Virus record (IMG/VR): IMGVR_UViG_3300032111_000014
DNA length: 29,068 nucleotides
Origin: a virus
Direction: 5' to 3' (one strand)
Position numbers and translations under genes: made by a program. The notes below the pieces were generated by a model, which did not search any database, had not been told where the DNA came from, and saw only the letters and a program-made list of their open reading frames with translations. Below are positions 26,525-29,068 of the stretch, one piece after another; within the stretch, counting starts at the first letter, position 1; the number at the start of each line of letters is the position of its first letter.

Positions 26525-27181
26525 ATGCCTCTTAAAAATGGTAAGATTGAGATAAAGAAGTTTAGGAATATGCTAAGGCGCTACGAGGATTTTGTGAAAA
26601 AGGAAGGTCATGAACCCAATATAATATACCTTGAACAAGGTAAAAGTGACCATGTTTCTTTAGGAACATTCAAGGATATGTTAAGGCGCTACAAGGATTT
26701 TGTGAGGAGTAATGGCCGTGACCCTAATTATATCAGCATTCAACCTCAGTCATCTTTAAAAGGGCCTTGGACAACTAAAGTCATCGAAAAGATAGGTACT
26801 TTTCATGATGCAACGAGCCTCTATGAACAGGTGAAAAAGACCTGCAAGTATAAATATTACTATAATGATCAGGTCCCTAATCATGTTGCAGTCATGAGAA
26901 TGACAACAAGCGGGATAAACTGTACTGACGCCTGTCAGTTGTTTCAGCGTGTCATGGAAGAAATGGGGTACATGGTGAAAATAGAACATGTCCAGGTCAA
27001 GTGCAGTGACGGGGGGTGGTACGGCCATTACCTTCTGAATGTCAAAGGTTTTGAATTCAAAGACTGGGTCATATGGGATTACGTATCTGCAACAAAGACG
27101 GGAAGACCATTAGGGGAACCTTGTTGCTTAAATGGACTTAAACATCTGGGATGGGGCATAGTCTCCCCCAAACATGACTAA
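26525..27181 (+). CDS. pei: Pseudomurein endoisopeptidase (PeiW/PeiP-like) with two pseudomurein-binding repeats
   Basis: Repeats FRNMLRRYEDFVKKEGHEPN and FKDMLRRYKDFVRSNGRDPN; triad C133 (INCTD), H168 (GHY), D185 (WDY). Confidence 0.9.
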   Translation: MPLKNGKIEIKKFRNMLRRYEDFVKKEGHEPNIIYLEQGKSDHVSLGTFKDMLRRYKDFVRSNGRDPNYISIQPQSSLKGPWTTKVIEKIGTFHDATSLYEQVKKTCKYKYYYNDQVPNHVAVMRMTTSGINCTDACQLFQRVMEEMGYMVKIEHVQVKCSDGGWYGHYLLNVKGFEFKDWVIWDYVSATKTGRPLGEPCCLNGLKHLGWGIVSPKHD

Positions 27182-27309
27182 AAAAAGAAAAAAGAAGGTA
27201 GGGCATTAATTATATGGCAGAAACACGTGTCCATATGTTTATTTCTTGGCATTGACCATAAAGGTTAATGTATTATCATTACATGAAATGGTATGTCAAA
27301 ATAGGATTA

Positions 27310-27327
27310 AAAGTAAACAAAAAAACC
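27310..27327 (-). terminator. Oligo-T tract likely ending host read-through into the prophage
   Basis: GGTTTTTTTGTTTACTTT on the minus strand just inside attR; a second T-tract at 27181-27196. Confidence 0.4.
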
Positions 27328-27331
27328 AACA

Positions 27332-27344
27332 TTTATGAATGAAA
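27332..27344 (+). repeat. attR core TTTATGAATGAAA
   Basis: Exact copy of 2566..2578. Confidence 0.9.
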
Positions 27345-27695
27345 CAATCAGCACAGCAACTGCAAAGAACACAGGCACCAGGATGCCTGCCCCTGTTACA
27401 GCTGAGACCACACCTCCAAGCATGTACCCTAGAAAGGCTGCGAGGAAAACGTACAGGTAGAGACCCTGCCCTTCAAGTCCCCTCTCCCGGACCCTCCTGA
27501 AGGCCTCCTCGGGTGATACAAGGACAAGTATCATGTCCCTTGAAAAGTTCATTATTCTGTTCAAGACTTAACCTCCTACCATAATCTCAAATTTCTGGTT
27601 ATATCCACTAAAGCATCTCAAAAATAATTCTGTTTATACGCTTCACAATTCTGATCTGCTATCACCCCCATTTTCAGGAAGAAATAATGAAATGA

Positions 27696-28466
27696 CTATT
27701 CAACCTCCCTTTCAATGAATTCCTTCACGTCCCTGATGCCTGACATGAACTGGGCAGGGAATACTATGGTTGAATTCTTTTCAGTGGCTATTTCAGCGAG
27801 GACCTGTAGATTTCGCAGTTGAAGGGCCACTGGATGTTTCTCAATCACGTCGGCGGCCTCTCCAAGCTTTGCTGCTGAGAGGTATTCTCCCTCTGCAGTG
27901 ATTATCTTGGCACGTTTTTCCCTTTCAGCCTCTGCCTGTTTTGCCATTGCCCGCTGCATCCCTTCAGGGAGCTTTATATCCTTTATCTCCACGGTTGTTA
28001 CGTTTATACCCCATGGTTCGCTGTGCTCATCTATCATCTCCTTTATCTTCTCATTTATCCTGGCTGTTTCTGAGAGGACTTCGTCGAGGGCAAACTGGCC
28101 TATGACGTTCCTCACCGTGGTCTGTGAGATCTGGTTAACAGCCCCGTAGTAGTCCTCAATTGCAACAACTGCCCTTAGAGGGTCAGAGACCTTGAAGTAG
28201 GCAACGGCGGCCACATCTATTGAAACGTTGTCCTGTGTTATTATCTTCTGGGAGGGTATGGGCATCGTAACTATTCGAAGCGAAACCTTTACCATCCTAT
28301 CGATGACCGGGATTATTATGCGGAGCCCTGGTTCCCTGACTCCTATAACTTTTCCCAGCCTGAAAACAACCCCCCTCTCGTACTGTTTAACTATCTTCAG
28401 GCTCATGGCCAGAATAGCAATTATAAGAGCTGTCAGCAATCCTGCAATTAATGGATCCATGAACAC
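27696..28466 (-). CDS. SPFH/band 7 (stomatin-like) protein, host gene
   Basis: [43 protein letters not shown]. Confidence 0.95.
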   Translation of the reverse strand: MFMDPLIAGLLTALIIAILAMSLKIVKQYERGVVFRLGKVIGVREPGLRIIIPVIDRMVKVSLRIVTMPIPSQKIITQDNVSIDVAAVAYFKVSDPLRAVVAIEDYYGAVNQISQTTVRNVIGQFALDEVLSETARINEKIKEMIDEHSEPWGINVTTVEIKDIKLPEGMQRAMAKQAEAEREKRAKIITAEGEYLSAAKLGEAADVIEKHPVALQLRNLQVLAEIATEKNSTIVFPAQFMSGIRDVKEFIEREVE

Positions 28467-28636
28467 CCCCCTGATTTTCTATATATTATATCTGACCCAC
28501 ACGTATATCTAGATTTTGATATCTGTTTCCTTCGTAATAGGTAAATATAACGAATAGAATCTGACTTCAGAAAATTCATGAACCCCTAAAGACAAAGTAT
28601 TTTTAAGAACCTGATCAACACTATAATGGGATCGTC

Positions 28637-29068
28637 ATGGATTACGGGAAGCTTATAAGAACCAAGGAACTCGTCCTTCTCGTCCTGATAACACTTGACA
28701 TAGTGCTCCTAAGCTATATCTCATTCTACCCATCAAATCCATGGACCGTGAATGCCATAAACCAGTTTGACCTCCTCCTGTGCATCATCCTCTTCATGGA
28801 ATTCTCAGTAAACCTGAAAAGGGCTGAGGATCGTAAGAGATTCCTCCGGGAAAACTGGCCAGATATAATTGCATTCCTCCCTGTGGACTTCTTCCGGGCA
28901 TTCCGCTTTATAAGGATAATAAGGGTTGTGAAGGTCCTCGCCCTCTTCAGGAAGTACCTCAAGAAGTTCTTCACCTTCCTTGTGGATACACACCTTGACC
29001 AGGCGGTGGGGGTACTCCTAATTGCACTCGTGGCCGGGACAATGTTCTTTTACATGATGGAGTCAGGG
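28637..29068 (+). CDS. Voltage-gated potassium channel subunit, N-terminal part (runs off window; not in ORF track)
   Basis: S1-S4 helices with NWPDIIAFLP (S3) and FRAFRFIRIIRVVK (S4). Confidence 0.85.
   Translation, partial: MDYGKLIRTKELVLLVLITLDIVLLSYISFYPSNPWTVNAINQFDLLLCIILFMEFSVNLKRAEDRKRFLRENWPDIIAFLPVDFFRAFRFIRIIRVVKVLALFRKYLKKFFTFLVDTHLDQAVGVLLIALVAGTMFFYMMESG

Larger units (their letters stand above)
2566..27344. mobile_element. Integrated head-tail (siphovirus-like) prophage, psiM2/psiM100-like
   Basis: Integrase next to the left repeat and Pei next to the right repeat; terminase, portal, capsid, tail and TMP modules; flanking 13-bp direct repeats inside a split host gene. Confidence 0.95.
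27307..27564 (-). pseudogene. 5' part of the Yip1-domain gene, ending in phage-derived codons (NVGFFVYF*)
   Basis: LVSPEEAFRRVRE Yip1-type start and two TM helices; sequence past the att core is phage DNA. Confidence 0.88.

Noticed and set aside
27898-28993. ORFs antisense to the SPFH and K+ channel genes
   Set aside because: Shadow frames of clearly recognisable host genes.

Overview
This window holds a complete-looking head-tail prophage of about 24.8 kb (2566..27344) integrated in the chromosome of a pseudomurein-walled methanogen. The host is most likely Methanothermobacter, judging by a Pei-type pseudomurein endoisopeptidase and a psiM2/psiM100-like gene order. The prophage is bounded by a 13-bp direct repeat, TTTATGAATGAAA, and splits a Yip1-family membrane gene; joining the flanks in silico restores one 185-aa frame. 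Order inside: tyrosine integrase, structured control region with an antisense RHH repressor between 24-bp repeats, early regulators (RHH x4, wHTH, SWIM, SSB-like), a 125-bp palindrome array, a frameshifted PIN module, two genes resembling the two halves of TFB in swapped order, holin-like genes, terminase, portal, head, siphovirus-type tail with a -1 frameshift chaperone, tape measure, baseplate, and a Pei carrying only two binding repeats. Host flanks encode a B12-binding radical SAM enzyme, a membrane-anchored protein, an SPFH protein and the start of a voltage-gated K+ channel. All family calls come from motifs read by eye; no database searches were run.
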